The notes beneath the pieces were generated by a model. The model was given only the letters and a program-made list of their open reading frames with translations, did not search any database and was not told the DNA's origin. From assembly GCA_013265495.1 (NCBI GenBank), contig MU058463.1:2379523-2443522 (forward strand): a DNA stretch of 64,000 nucleotides. Direction: 5' to 3'. Positions 53,099-64,000 of the stretch are shown in pieces; positions within the stretch are counted from its first letter, which is position 1, and each line of letters starts with the position of its first letter. This DNA comes from Vicugna vicugna. Its lineage: Eukaryota. A program made the position numbers and the translations under genes.

Positions 53099-53448
53099 TA
53101 CCATTCAGACTACTAAAATAAAACTACATTATAGACTGGGTGGCTTAAACAACAGAAATTTATTCCTCACTGTTCTGGAGGCTGGGAAGGCCAAGATCAA
53201 GGTGTAGGCAGATCCAGTGTCTGGTGAGAGCCCTGCCTCCTGGTTTACAGACAGCTGTTTTCTCACTATGCCCTCACGCAGCAGAAGGGCTGTGGGAGAT
53301 CTGGAGGGTCTCCTTCATAAGGGCCTTAATCCCATTCATGAGGGATCCACTCCCATGACCTAATCACTGGCCCCACCTCCTAATACCATCACATTGGGGA
53401 TTAGTTTTCAACATATAAATTTTGGAGGGACACATTCAGCCTATAGCA
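53099..53448 (-). mobile_element. MLT1A-like MaLR solo LTR
   Basis: agactgggtggcttaaacaacagaaatttattcctcac...ggaggctgggaag..caagatcaagg...cctatagca. 5-bp TSD ACCTC at 53094-53098 and 53449-53453. Confidence 0.92.
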
Positions 53449-56400
53449 ACCTCCATGTCACCGGTGTTTAGAGGAGGACTTGGTACTTAGGACGTGCTAG
53501 TAAACATTTAATGAATGAATGATGAATGATCTTGAAATCAGTCCACTCCTGGGATCGTGTAATTGTTTATTCAAATACCACTGCTAACTTCATCCTCCTG
53601 CCTTATCCTAACTAGCCACTCTCCCATGGATCTCTTAAATACGTGAAAATTTAATGTTACGCAATTTGTTCTATTACCCTATTCAATTTATTTAAATACA
53701 GTTTAGAATGCTGGAAAATGGAACAAAGTATATACTTAATAGGTGATTAAGTTACTTAAAATATGGCTATCGTGGGTTTTTCTATAAAACAGTCTTTGTC
53801 TATGAAGAGAACTTTATCATGGCATTTTGGGGGGGGATAAATTTGAGTTAAATTATTTCATCTTACAGAAAATGTTCTTTGAACGTGAGCTGCGGTAAAG
53901 ATGTAGGTAACTTTTTGTGCCTTGCACTGTGTGTGCATGTGTGCATGTGTTTTAGGAACGGGGGCAGTTACACAGGGAAAGGGACGGTCTCTGCCTCACC
54001 CGTGTAGCATGTGTTTACATTTTCTGATAAAGAAAAATATTTCATTAGCTAATGCCCTTCATTTAAAACAGAGCATGGTCATTGTTAGAACATAAACAGA
54101 GGCAAACACAAAATGTTATTCATGACTCAGTTGAATTAGGCACAGAATTTGTTTGCTACTTTTAAATGACACCCTTTCCTTTTTCTCTGCAATTGTTTGT
54201 GCAATGAGTTTTTATACATATTTATAACAAAATGATGAGTCCTCCGCAGACAGAAGTCTATCAGTTTTACTTAAGAGCATATGGCAATTTACATACAAAC
54301 TGCTTTATGTTTGCAATAATAAAAATGTCAGTACAAATAGGAAGTGTTAAACATGGTGATATTTTTATACCATGTAAATTTATTGTCCCATTTAAAATTA
54401 AAGTTATAACGGAATGTGATTGATGCTGCACGATGTAGTTGCAAAAAAGACTAGGCAACACCGCTTCACTTTCAGGCTGAGCACTGTGTTTTATTTGGCA
54501 AATCTTCTGACGGTCATGATGCTCTCTTTTACCTTGTAATCCCATATGAAGCGTACCCAGAAAGCATAAAGAATGTTCTGGATGTATTGACTTGTGTGTA
54601 AACAAGTTTCCTTTGCTGTCTTCCTCAAACAGCTGGGATTGAAATACTGGTTGGTTTCCCCATTCTAGTTGCTTCCCTCTGTGGAGTTTATTACAGTTTG
54701 GTGCTTCTGAGGTCCTGAAAGAGAGCTAGTTTTCAGATCACTTTCCCAGGTTATACAAGAGTACAAGGTCCTTAGTGAGTGAAAACTGAAGAGACTTACA
54801 CTGGCCTCTTCAAATGGAATAAAATAGACCAGGCAAGGAAGGAAACACAGAAAGGAGACGTGTCTGAACAAAAGATGTGCCAGACAGACAGCAGATCTTG
54901 TATGATTTACTCAAGGCTCGTGTTTTTATTCCCTCTAAATTTTGAAGAAGGTGAAAGATATGTGTGAACACCTAGGAGTATATATAAAAACAAATGTGTG
55001 CATAAAGTTTTGTATCTAAACCAACTGAAATAACTCAAACCTGTCAGCCTGATTCCCTTGAAAAAAGAATTGGCGGAGAGAAATTCTTTAAAGTAGTTAT
55101 AGGCTCTTTGGGGATCAGAGAATGAATTTTGACTTGTGTTTAGAGACTACATTAATGTGAGCAGTACAAAGATCTAGATAACATATCCCAGCCATAAAAA
55201 AAAAAAAAAAGACAAAACCAGGAAAATGGAAATTTTGCATCAACTCAAAACTTGGACAGGGATCAACAGGGAGTCGTTCTGCTGAGCTTTTCAAGCACAG
55301 AGGTGTCTGCTGCTCTTTCTTAATGAAACGCTGCGATGAGAGGTGAATCGTGGGTGTTTCGTGCCTTTGGAGCAGACGGATAGGTGGCGAGTCCTACCGG
55401 CTCTACGTACAAACAATGCTCTCCGGGAGTGGCCCGGTACTTAGGTCTCGGCATTACTCACACGTATGCTGGCCCTCAGCCCAGCCGTGGGATTTCAGAG
55501 TCTGTACCTCATTGCTGGGAGAGTCTTCAGGAGACATTCAAGTAGTGAATTCCTTCCAGCAGACCTGATTCTTGTTTATAGTCTTTTTGTCAAAATAAGG
55601 TAAAAGAGGTAGTAAGAGGGACGGGCCAACCCAAACCAAGAGTCCTTCCTGGTTACGATGTTTTCTGAAAGTGTCTTCTAAAACCTTCTTTAAGGAAGCA
55701 TTCAAAACTCATCAGAACATCTCTTGCCTCAGTAGAGTCAAAACAGCTAGTTTTGCTCTCCCTGATTATTGTATAAAGTAGTGTTGTTGTGTTGTTACCA
55801 TTTGAAAAAAGGAGAAAAGAAAACTGAGGCTGAAACATGCTGAGTCATTAGTCCATGTCGCATAGGACAGGGTGGAGCCGGAAATTAACTTGCTCCCAAA
55901 CAGAAGTGTTAGCATCAACACTGTGCTCAATAAATATTTATGAAATAAATAATAAGTAAGTGGATAATTTCAAGTCCACTGTTGTTAGTGTGTAAGTAAT
56001 ATTTTGCTTTTGCCCAGTGTTAGAAGCATCTTCAAGAATCACGGAAATCATTTATTACTCCCAAGCATACTGCCGATAATAAATCACACTCCTTCATAAC
56101 AAAATGGCACTTTAAAATTAGAGAGACTCTTTACAAATGGAGAAGTTTTGTTTATATTACATATTTAGTTCTTTCAAGAATCTTGTGAGGTACAGAAACA
56201 TTATTCTCTATTTTATAAAGCTATCATGACTTGCCAGTATCTGCCCACTGTCAGTGGTTTTTTGAACTGTCAGAAGTCAGGATCTTCTAATTTAGACCTC
56301 CTCCTCTTCTCTTTTTCTCCTTCTTTTCCACTGTTATAGGCAGCTGGTTGCTTAATTCCACATTAAGGATATAGCTGAAAGGCTGTATAAAATGCATTTC

Positions 56401-56689
56401 ATGACTGACTTTCAAAACAACACAACACAACACAACAGGGAAGCATTTATCCACTGGTGCCTTGTCCCTGTCCTTCCTACAATGTACAGATTATGCCTGT
56501 GTGTGTGGCATCCACAAAATCTGAAGGGCAGGTAGTGAGCCACATGTACCATGGAGCTGAGGCAAAGTGCTGTCAGGCTGCTTCTGTGTGAAGCTGAAAT
56601 AAGAGACAGGGAGGGCAAAAAGAGACAGGTACAGACAAAGTCACAAACAAGCAAACAAAAATAAACAAATCAAACATCCAAAAAAAGTC

Positions 56690-57370
56690 AAGAAGCATTC
56701 AAAATGAGACAAGCAGAAAATAAAAGATGGTAACAAGTCCAATTATATCAATAATACAATAAAGAAAAATAGATTAAACATACTAATTAAAGATAGGGAT
56801 GATCAGATTAGATTAAAATATTCAGGCTTGTATCTAAAATATAAAGTCATAGAATGGTCCAAAGGATAGAAGGACAACATGCCATGCAAATGTTGACCCA
56901 AACTAGGATGGTATGGGTATAGTATCAGACAAAAGAGGCTTTGAGACAAAAAGCATTATTAGAAATAGAGAAGGTCACTAAATAATGATAAAATACTGAA
57001 ATTATCAGGAAGATACAGGAACTCTAAATTTATATGTCTTCAATAAAATATCTCAAACATACGACACAAGAACTGATAGACCCAGAGGAAGGTAAGTCTA
57101 CCATTAGTGGTGAAAAATTTATTACACCTGCCTCACTGTCATATCCTAGAGAAAAATATTTAATCATAAAGATAAAGAAATTTGCACAACACAGTGAACA
57201 AGTCTGAGCTAACAGAACTCTGCTCCAAACTCTTAAACAATACACGTTCTTCTTAAGCACACATGAAACATTTACACAAAAACGATTATGAACTGGATTA
57301 AAGAGCAACACTGACCAAATTTCAAAAACATCAGCAATCTATACACTGACCTATAACCTGTATCTCCTAG
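56690..57370 (+). mobile_element. Old L1 fragment (decayed ORF2 endonuclease region)
   Basis: ccatgcaaa...tatcagacaaaa..gcttt...atacacgttcttcttaagcacacatgaaacatttac. Confidence 0.8.
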
Positions 57371-58489
57371 ATCCTTAAAAGTTCTGGAGCTTTCCGGCAA
57401 ATATGTGAACAGAAATAAATGTATGGGGTTACTCCACACGGAGAGGCTCTGGTAAGTGCCCACAGGGTCTACAATGGGGAAAGGGGATGAATAGGCTTTG
57501 TTTCAAGCTGAATTATCAGCTGACACACTGCTTCCAATGATGCCTCCATACAAAGATAGACACTTGTTTTGCAGAAAATGCAAAGAAACCAGCAGCTGGA
57601 GAAGAGCTGCAAAGAATTCAGTTAATCAGCAGCTTCCAGTAAGGGGAGTTCCTGGAAATCTAGCTGAGCCAAGGGGAAGAGATGTTTCGTTTATTAGAGA
57701 GGAATGACAAATTTTTAGGTGTTGAACTATGTCAGACGAGGTCAGATTATATGAGTTAATGCGAAGCTAACCAACTCTGCAATGGCTGTTTCATGCTGTG
57801 TCTACAATTTAGGACCATTTCTTCCAGGTGGTGTATGCTACATGTACAGCCACATACAATTTTAATTTTCTGGATAATGCCCTCATTTTGGTTCTTTTCC
57901 TACCTTTCCTTGTTGCCCAGTCTGTATAGTTGATGGCAGCCCTTTACTTCCAACTCCTTTACGTTTGAATTACTAACCTGGATGATACGAAATTGGATGG
58001 ACACATGTGCATATTACCACCCTCCTTTGATTTTTCTTCCTTTAAGGATGGTTGATAATTCTGGAGGCAAGGAATATATTAAGTGCTGGTTGGGCACTAA
58101 ACTTTACTACTGACATTACCTATTAAGTATCTCTAAAGGAAATAATAAAATAGCAGCTTTTTAGAGCCCATTTGTGACTCATAAAATATGGGTTAAAACC
58201 TCCCATTTTATTGCACTTTTACTTCTGTAATTATTACTATAAGTGATGGAACAGTGCAGGGCAATCAAGAAAGCAACTCTCTCAACTCCTACGCTTGAAG
58301 ACAAGTCTATGAAAGTCTAAAGAACAGCCTGATGAAGTAAAAAATAAACAGGTCAAATGAAAAGGAGACAAAAGCAAAAACCAAACTCCAAATGAGGTAA
58401 AGCAGTCAAAACAATGCTAAAATCGTAGATCTGCAGAATCCCAGAGCCCCCACAAACCTGCTCATTCCCTGCCTCAATCCTCGGGGATG

Positions 58490-58690
58490 ACCCCGGGAGA
58501 ACTGAGTGTCTCCACACCTTAATTTGCTCATTTGGTAAATGGGGCATAATAATTATTCATAATGAATTTTGTGTCTTTTTTCTGGGGTCAGGGGGTGGAA
58601 CTAAGTGAGCTGGTGTATGTAAATACATTATCACCAGTTCTGACACATAGCAAATGGTCAATAAATGTTAGTTAATATTAGCTAACATTA
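58490..58690 (+). mobile_element. MIR SINE
   Basis: ctcatttggtaaatggggcataata...tgacacatagcaaatggtcaataaatgttag. Confidence 0.7.
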
Positions 58691-59964
58691 TTAGTATTAT
58701 AATTAATAATGGCAATTGTTTTCTTACACATAGCCCATTAGATTGTATTGTGGTATGTCGGATGTAACGTTTATGAAGCCATTTGACCCATAGCCTGTCT
58801 ATTTTAATTCCCACCCTGATGTGTGCTTGAAATAGTAATTGCAATTGACTTAACAGTAAAAGTCTATTCTCACTCACTTCCGTTGAGAAAGGATGGGAAA
58901 GCTGTAAATCTAGCTATTAGTTTTTACAAATGCTATGTTAATTCCCACAATCTTCAAAGCATTGCTCTTTGGTTGTAGGAATAAGCCATAGTCCCTGGTT
59001 TCAAGAATTTATGGTATAACACAGGAGCCAGACAGAGATACAAATACTGTGTCATACAACGGAGAGAACCAGAAAAAAGTTGCGTGGGGGAAGGAAAGTG
59101 CTGGGCATAGACTAAGATTCAGATTTAAATTAAACTAATATTTAACCTATAAGCTACTGGATTTCAGGCACTTTTCTCAGAATTCACTGTTGTTTGGTAT
59201 TGAACCAATCACCCACAGCTCTAAATTGGAACATTAGTTATTGTGAAATGCAGTAATCACTTTAAAAATCCCATTGCAACAGTGTTATTTAAGGTAGTAC
59301 TTTCTGTGTTTGAAGCCAGGAGAAAAGCTAAAAGGTTCTTTTATTCTTTTATTCTTTTATCACCCTACATTCTCTGGATTCAAGAAGTTCACAGTCTAGT
59401 GAAAACAGACAATGTATCAATAGGTATATTACTATGTGATAAATTCTTAAGTGAGGAATGAAGCGGTGATGTAGGTATGGTTTTCCCTGGATTAGTTCTA
59501 GCTTGTCTCGGGGAACGGTGAAAAGTTTGCGAAACACGTGTTTCTGTCCCTCAGGGCCCTGGGAGTTTCTGCAATTCTTGATTTTCTCTTCTACACATTC
59601 CAGTCCCCTACCCTAAACACATGCCCACCGCACAGGTTCTGTTTTTATTTGTCATCTAGTGCACCCCAAAGAAGTATTGAGATTTCTCTTCTTTCAGGGT
59701 TAGAATTTCAGTAGGGACATCTTGAAGAAACAACCACTTACATGTGAAATGAGGAGTGAGTGTTTATGATGGAGGCCTCTGGCTAGGGTGCCTGCCTGCG
59801 GGCTCTGCCGGGTTCCACCATTAAGAGTCTGTGTCAGACGGTGAAAAAGAATGGACCCCGCACAGGACAGACCTGAGCTGTAATTCGTGCTCCAGCAAAT
59901 ACCGACCGTCTTGGGCAAGTTACTCAGCCTCTGAGGGTTTTTTCCATTATTATTAAGAGAAGAA

Positions 59965-60060
59965 GGGGGAGGGTATAGCTCAATGATAGAGTGCATGCTG
60001 AGCACGCACAAGGTCCTGGGTTCAAACCCTAGTACCTCACCAAAAAAAAAAAAATTAATT
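59965..60060 (+). mobile_element. tRNA-derived SINE, camelid Vic-1-like (short form), inserted in a MIR (~59860-60140)
   Basis: gggggagggtatagctcaatgatagagtgcatgctgagcacgcacaaggtcctgggttcaaaccctagtacctc plus A tail. Pol III A box (tagctcaatg) and B box (ggttcaaacc). Confidence 0.92.
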
Positions 60061-60179
60061 AATAGAGGATAAGAATCTCTATTTCAGAGAACCACTGTGC
60101 AAGTTGAATGAAGTCAATCTATACCTAATGTAATGTTCTGTATGTTGCAAAAATTAAGAAATTATAATGGGGAGAGACA

Positions 60180-61040
60180 AATAAGAGAAGAGACTCATAG
60201 TTAAAATATGGAGTGTCATGGTAATAAGGCTACTGAGGAACTGAAAAGCAGGGAAAGGAGGAAGGTAATGTCAGGGGTGCCGAGCAATTAACTAGAGTGG
60301 GCAGGGAAGAACTTTCTGTAATACGATGTGTTAATAAAGCCGTGAAAGAAGTAAGGGAATGACAGAAGTTTGTAGAAAGACAATTCCAGGCAGAGGGAAT
60401 AGGCAGTGGAAAGCTTGGTGCATCCTAAAGTAAACAGGGATGCCAGCGTGGCAGCAAAGGGACGAGCTGGGTGTGTGTGTGTTGGAGGCGGAGGCAGGAA
60501 GCAGTAAGCTCGGAAGACAGAGCGGGTGGGATGGTGCAGATCATCTGGGCCCAGGCTGGTCATTCCGAGGGTTTGGCTCTTACTCTGAAGGAGGCAGGAA
60601 GCTTTTAGAGGTTCTCGTGGAGAACAGCAACAAAACCTGACTTGCGTTTTAAAAAGGACAGATAAAGTGGTAAAGCAAATATAGTCAAATGTTAACTAAC
60701 GGTAGAGTTGAGGTTGTGGATATACGGGTTCACTGTGAACATTTTCTCTCTTTGCTGTATGTTTGAAAATTTTCATAATAAAATGTTGGGGAGGAAAGAT
60801 TCATTCTGGTTGGTGGTCTGAGAAGAGACTGAGGTGTCAAAGGCAGAGAAGGGGGACCAGTGCGAGGCTATTAACAATAACCAGGGGGAAAGGCGAGGGC
60901 TTAGAGAGGGCAGCGGTACAAGGTTTTGAGTCTGGATATAGTTTGGAGGGAGAGCCATGAGAATTTAATAGCAGATTGGCTGCAAGGGGTAAGGAAGAGG
61001 GGACTCAAGGGTGATGCCAAGTTCTCTGGCCTGAGCACGT
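60180..61040 (-). mobile_element. L2, interrupted by an L1M 3' tip (~60655-60790)
   Basis: attccaggcagagggaatag...tttggctcttactctga...tctggatatagtttggagggagagcca...ggtgatgccaagttctctggcctgagca. Confidence 0.8.
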
Positions 61041-61269
61041 AACCGCATGTCATTACCTACCGCTGACAGCGGCCAGGCTGCTGCATCCCATGCTTTGATT
61101 CCAGAAGGGCCCCTACCTCACTGTAAAGCAGGTGAATATGTCTTTGTGTCATCCTTTCTCAAGGACCTTTTTTGTCTTCCTGGGTCAGTCACTCTGTGTG
61201 GCCTCTGCCAGCCTGAAATGCTCCTGTTGCTCAGTGCCTGCTACCATCCAAGCCTTCGTGTTACTATGG

Positions 61270-61690
61270 AACAGAAACAGCACTGAACTTGAGTCAGACG
61301 ACCACGATCCTCTGCCTCAATACGTTGCTTAACTTTTCTGAACCTCAGTTTACTTATGAGGCTAAAAATATACAGATATAGGGATCCTGTGGGAACTGGG
61401 AAAACAGGTGAGGGGACAGATAGCATGAAAGTCCTGTCACAGTAGCTTTTGGTCTTTCCTCACATACCCCACTGAAATTTGTCCATATTGTATCTCCTTA
61501 CCCCGAAGGTCTTTGATCCACTGTGAAGTTCCCTGGGATTCCTAGAGTTCTGCAGCGACATTCTCAAGTGCAGAGCGTTGACCTCGGAGCTGGGATGTGT
61601 GAGTTCCAACCTTCTTCTTCTTGCATGAGCTGAGTGACTTTCACAAGTTGCTTTAACTTTCTGTGATTCAGTTTTATTGCCTCAATATTC
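61270..61690 (+). mobile_element. Two MIR fragments
   Basis: cactgaacttgagtcagac...ttaacttttctgaacctcagttt; agctgagtgactttcacaagttgctttaactttctgtgattcagttt. Confidence 0.65.
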
Positions 61691-61879
61691 TCAAAGTTTC
61701 TTCCTTTGTAGATGTTGCCTATTAGAGGTACTCACCCACAGAAATCACATTTCATTCTCACAGTGACCCTGTGAAATAGGTATTCTCTGATTCCAGAGAC
61801 AATATTCTAATCTCTTTGGTCTAAACCACTTTAGATTCTAAACATAAGGTTTTCAGTCCAGTTTGTTTATGTATAAATA

Positions 61880-62458
61880 TACCTTAGACATAAACAGTCA
61901 AGATAAATGAATGTATCTACAGCTCTAAAAGTTCCTCTGCGCCTTTTTGTAACCTCTCCCTTACTCCCTTCCCTAGCCTCTGTCCAATCCCTTGGAAACT
62001 ACTGATCTACTTTGTATCATTATAGTTTCATTTGCATGTTATAAAATATTATATAAATAGAATAATGTGATGTGTATTCTTTTTTGCCTGCAGTCTTTCA
62101 CCCAGCATAATTATTTTGAGTTCATCTATGTAGCAATAGCTTACTCGTTTTATTTCTGAGAAAATTCATTTCTTTTTATTACTGAGTAGTAATCTATCAT
62201 GTGGATACAGCACAATTTATTTTTCCATTCATCAGTTGATGGACAATAAGGTTGTTTCCCATTTTGGCTAGTATAGATAAAGCTGCTATGAACATTTCTA
62301 TACCAGTTTTTGTGTAGGTATATGCTTTTATTTCTCTTAGGTAATTGCCTAAGAACAGAATAGCTGAGTTGCATGGTAGGTGTATGTTTAATTTTTAAAA
62401 TTGTCAAACTGTTTTCCAAATTAATTGTGCAATTTTATGTTCCCTCCATCAGTATATG
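61880..62458 (-). mobile_element. Old L1M 3' end (antisense)
   Basis: ccattcatcagttgatggaca...gttgtttccc...ataaagctgctatgaacatt. Minus ORF 62150-62419 is L1 ORF2-tail-like. Confidence 0.88.
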
Positions 62459-62459
62459 A

Positions 62460-62742
62460 AAGTAGCCAAAACAATTTAAAAAGGAACACATTTGGATGAC
62501 TTACACTACCTTATATCAAAGACTTACAAAGCTACAGTAATCAAGAAAATGTGGAATTGGTATATAGATAAGCAAATACATTAATGGAACAGAATATAGA
62601 ATACAGAAATAAAACCACACGTATGTGGTCAACTGGTTTTCAACAAGTGTGCCAACGCAATTTACAGGAAGAAAAAGATAATGTTTTCAACAAATGGTGC
62701 TGGAACAGTTGGATATCTTTATGCAGTGATATGAACCTTGAC
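62460..62742 (+). mobile_element. Old L1 ORF2 fragment (sense)
   Basis: caaagctacagtaatcaag...aatggaacagaat...ttcaacaaatggtgctggaaca. Confidence 0.88.
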
Positions 62743-64000
62743 ATTGTAGACATTTTAATGAATCATTATCAAAAAACCTAAGAAAATACCATGGTTTGAA
62801 TAGGTTTTTTGGATAATAAGTAAATGATTAGAAAAAATGATTCAATTTAAAAAGTTTAAAAATTTGAATTATCACCATCCAACTGAGGAAAATTCATACA
62901 AACAATCATATAAATTGTAGTCAATATTGACAAGTACAATTTATCAATCTCTGATTTGCCTTCTATAAATATATTAAAAAATATTCAATACAATTCTAAT
63001 GTATGGAAAATGAAAATAGCCAAATAAAGTTACATTCTTTATCATTCTGTCTATATAGGCAAACTAATTTATCAATACATTCTTTAAAAGATTGAATAAG
63101 AAACAAGATTAAGCTGTTTTGAAAACAGCTTGCTGGATCAGTAAACCAAAACTTTTTTGTGTCACTGTATTTACCTCTTTTGTGTCTAGATGGAGCCTGT
63201 AGTAGCAAATACAAAATTGAGAAGTGAAGGTGAAAGTTTACCAGTTGAGAAAAAAATTGTTTATTTGTGATCAACTCTCTCAATACTATGTAAATTTAAC
63301 CCTTCATTCTCTGGCTGTTACCACAGTTTTATAACAAAGTAATAAAAACCTACTTTCCTTCTGTATCTTTTTCTGATTTAAACCACATGCAGATTTGTTA
63401 GCACCCTTGCTGGTTTCTAGCTTTCTATGCCAGTAGATGGCATTCTTATTCTTGTTTTTATTTTAGTAGTCTTAGATTCATGATGAACGTAATGCTATGT
63501 GCTAGACTGACATTGATTCTGGTTCCTACAATCCATGTCATCAGGGTGAGCAATTTCTGATGCACACAGAAAGGAGAGAAACACACTCAAGAGAAGGATA
63601 AACCTGTAGTACTTGGAAAACTGAGATATGTCCAAAAAATTGGAGTTTCTTGATTTTTTCCTTTGCTGAGTAGTGTCAGGTCTAGTGACGGCAGGAGTTT
63701 TGGGGGAGGGAAAGACTGAAACTTGGCCATTCAGACTATCCCCATCTCTGCAGGGCAGCTCAGTTCCTTGTAGGTTAGCTCCGCCGATGGCTCAGGCATT
63801 CAGGCTGTTTCTGCGCCTTGTTCCCCTATGTGGAGTCGCTGCTGGACTTCGGGGAACATTGACCTTGTGGCAACAGGATCGGGTCTTGGGTCTGCATGCT
63901 GGCTATTTTGAATGTTCCCTGCTCACCTGGTGGCTTGGTCCTGATGGCTCTGCAGGTGTGATAGATTCCCTTAGCACAGGCAGGGTTTCCTCCCCCAGCT

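Larger units (their letters stand above)
51300..53528 (+). mobile_element. Long degenerate L2 host element, interrupted by an L1 tip and an MLT1A
   Basis: Pyrimidine-rich sense L2 body (ctccattgaaactgct, catccaatccattagcaaatcctgttg) ending aatgaatgaatgatgaatga. Confidence 0.75.

Noticed and set aside
59965..60040. tRNA gene
   Set aside because: It has A/B boxes, but also an A-rich tail and a related TSD-flanked copy at 32338-32500, so it is a SINE.
63700..64000. GC-richer, CpG-containing sequence at the window end
   Set aside because: Truncated by the window edge; I cannot tell an LTR remnant from a regulatory element or exon.

Overview
Mammalian genomic DNA, AT-rich and CpG-depleted, with no prokaryotic features. 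It is most likely camelid: there are two Vic-1-like tRNA-derived SINEs and a young L1, and I saw no Alu, Bov-tA or PRE-1. The first ~14.5 kb is the 3' end of RBM26 on the + strand. It holds a 114-nt coding exon (3947-4060) and a proximal last exon encoding the acidic ...ESRSWRR tail (5709-5798). A distal alternative last exon encodes QREIIIA (11265-11288), and poly(A) signals lie at 6396, 7015 and 14486. The remaining ~49 kb shows no supportable protein-coding gene. It is a mosaic of L1, L2, MIR, Tigger, MaLR, an ERV solo LTR and SINEs, with several repeat-free, motif-dense islands that may be enhancers. I found no new protein-coding system. The most interesting structure is the RBM26 3'-end switch: one donor faces three tandem-AG acceptor sites, one of which gives an immediate stop at about the NMD distance threshold, and there is also a 3'UTR donor and a long A-tract. 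A regulatory or autoregulatory role for this is my hypothesis. Repeat subfamily names and most repeat boundaries are by eye and approximate.
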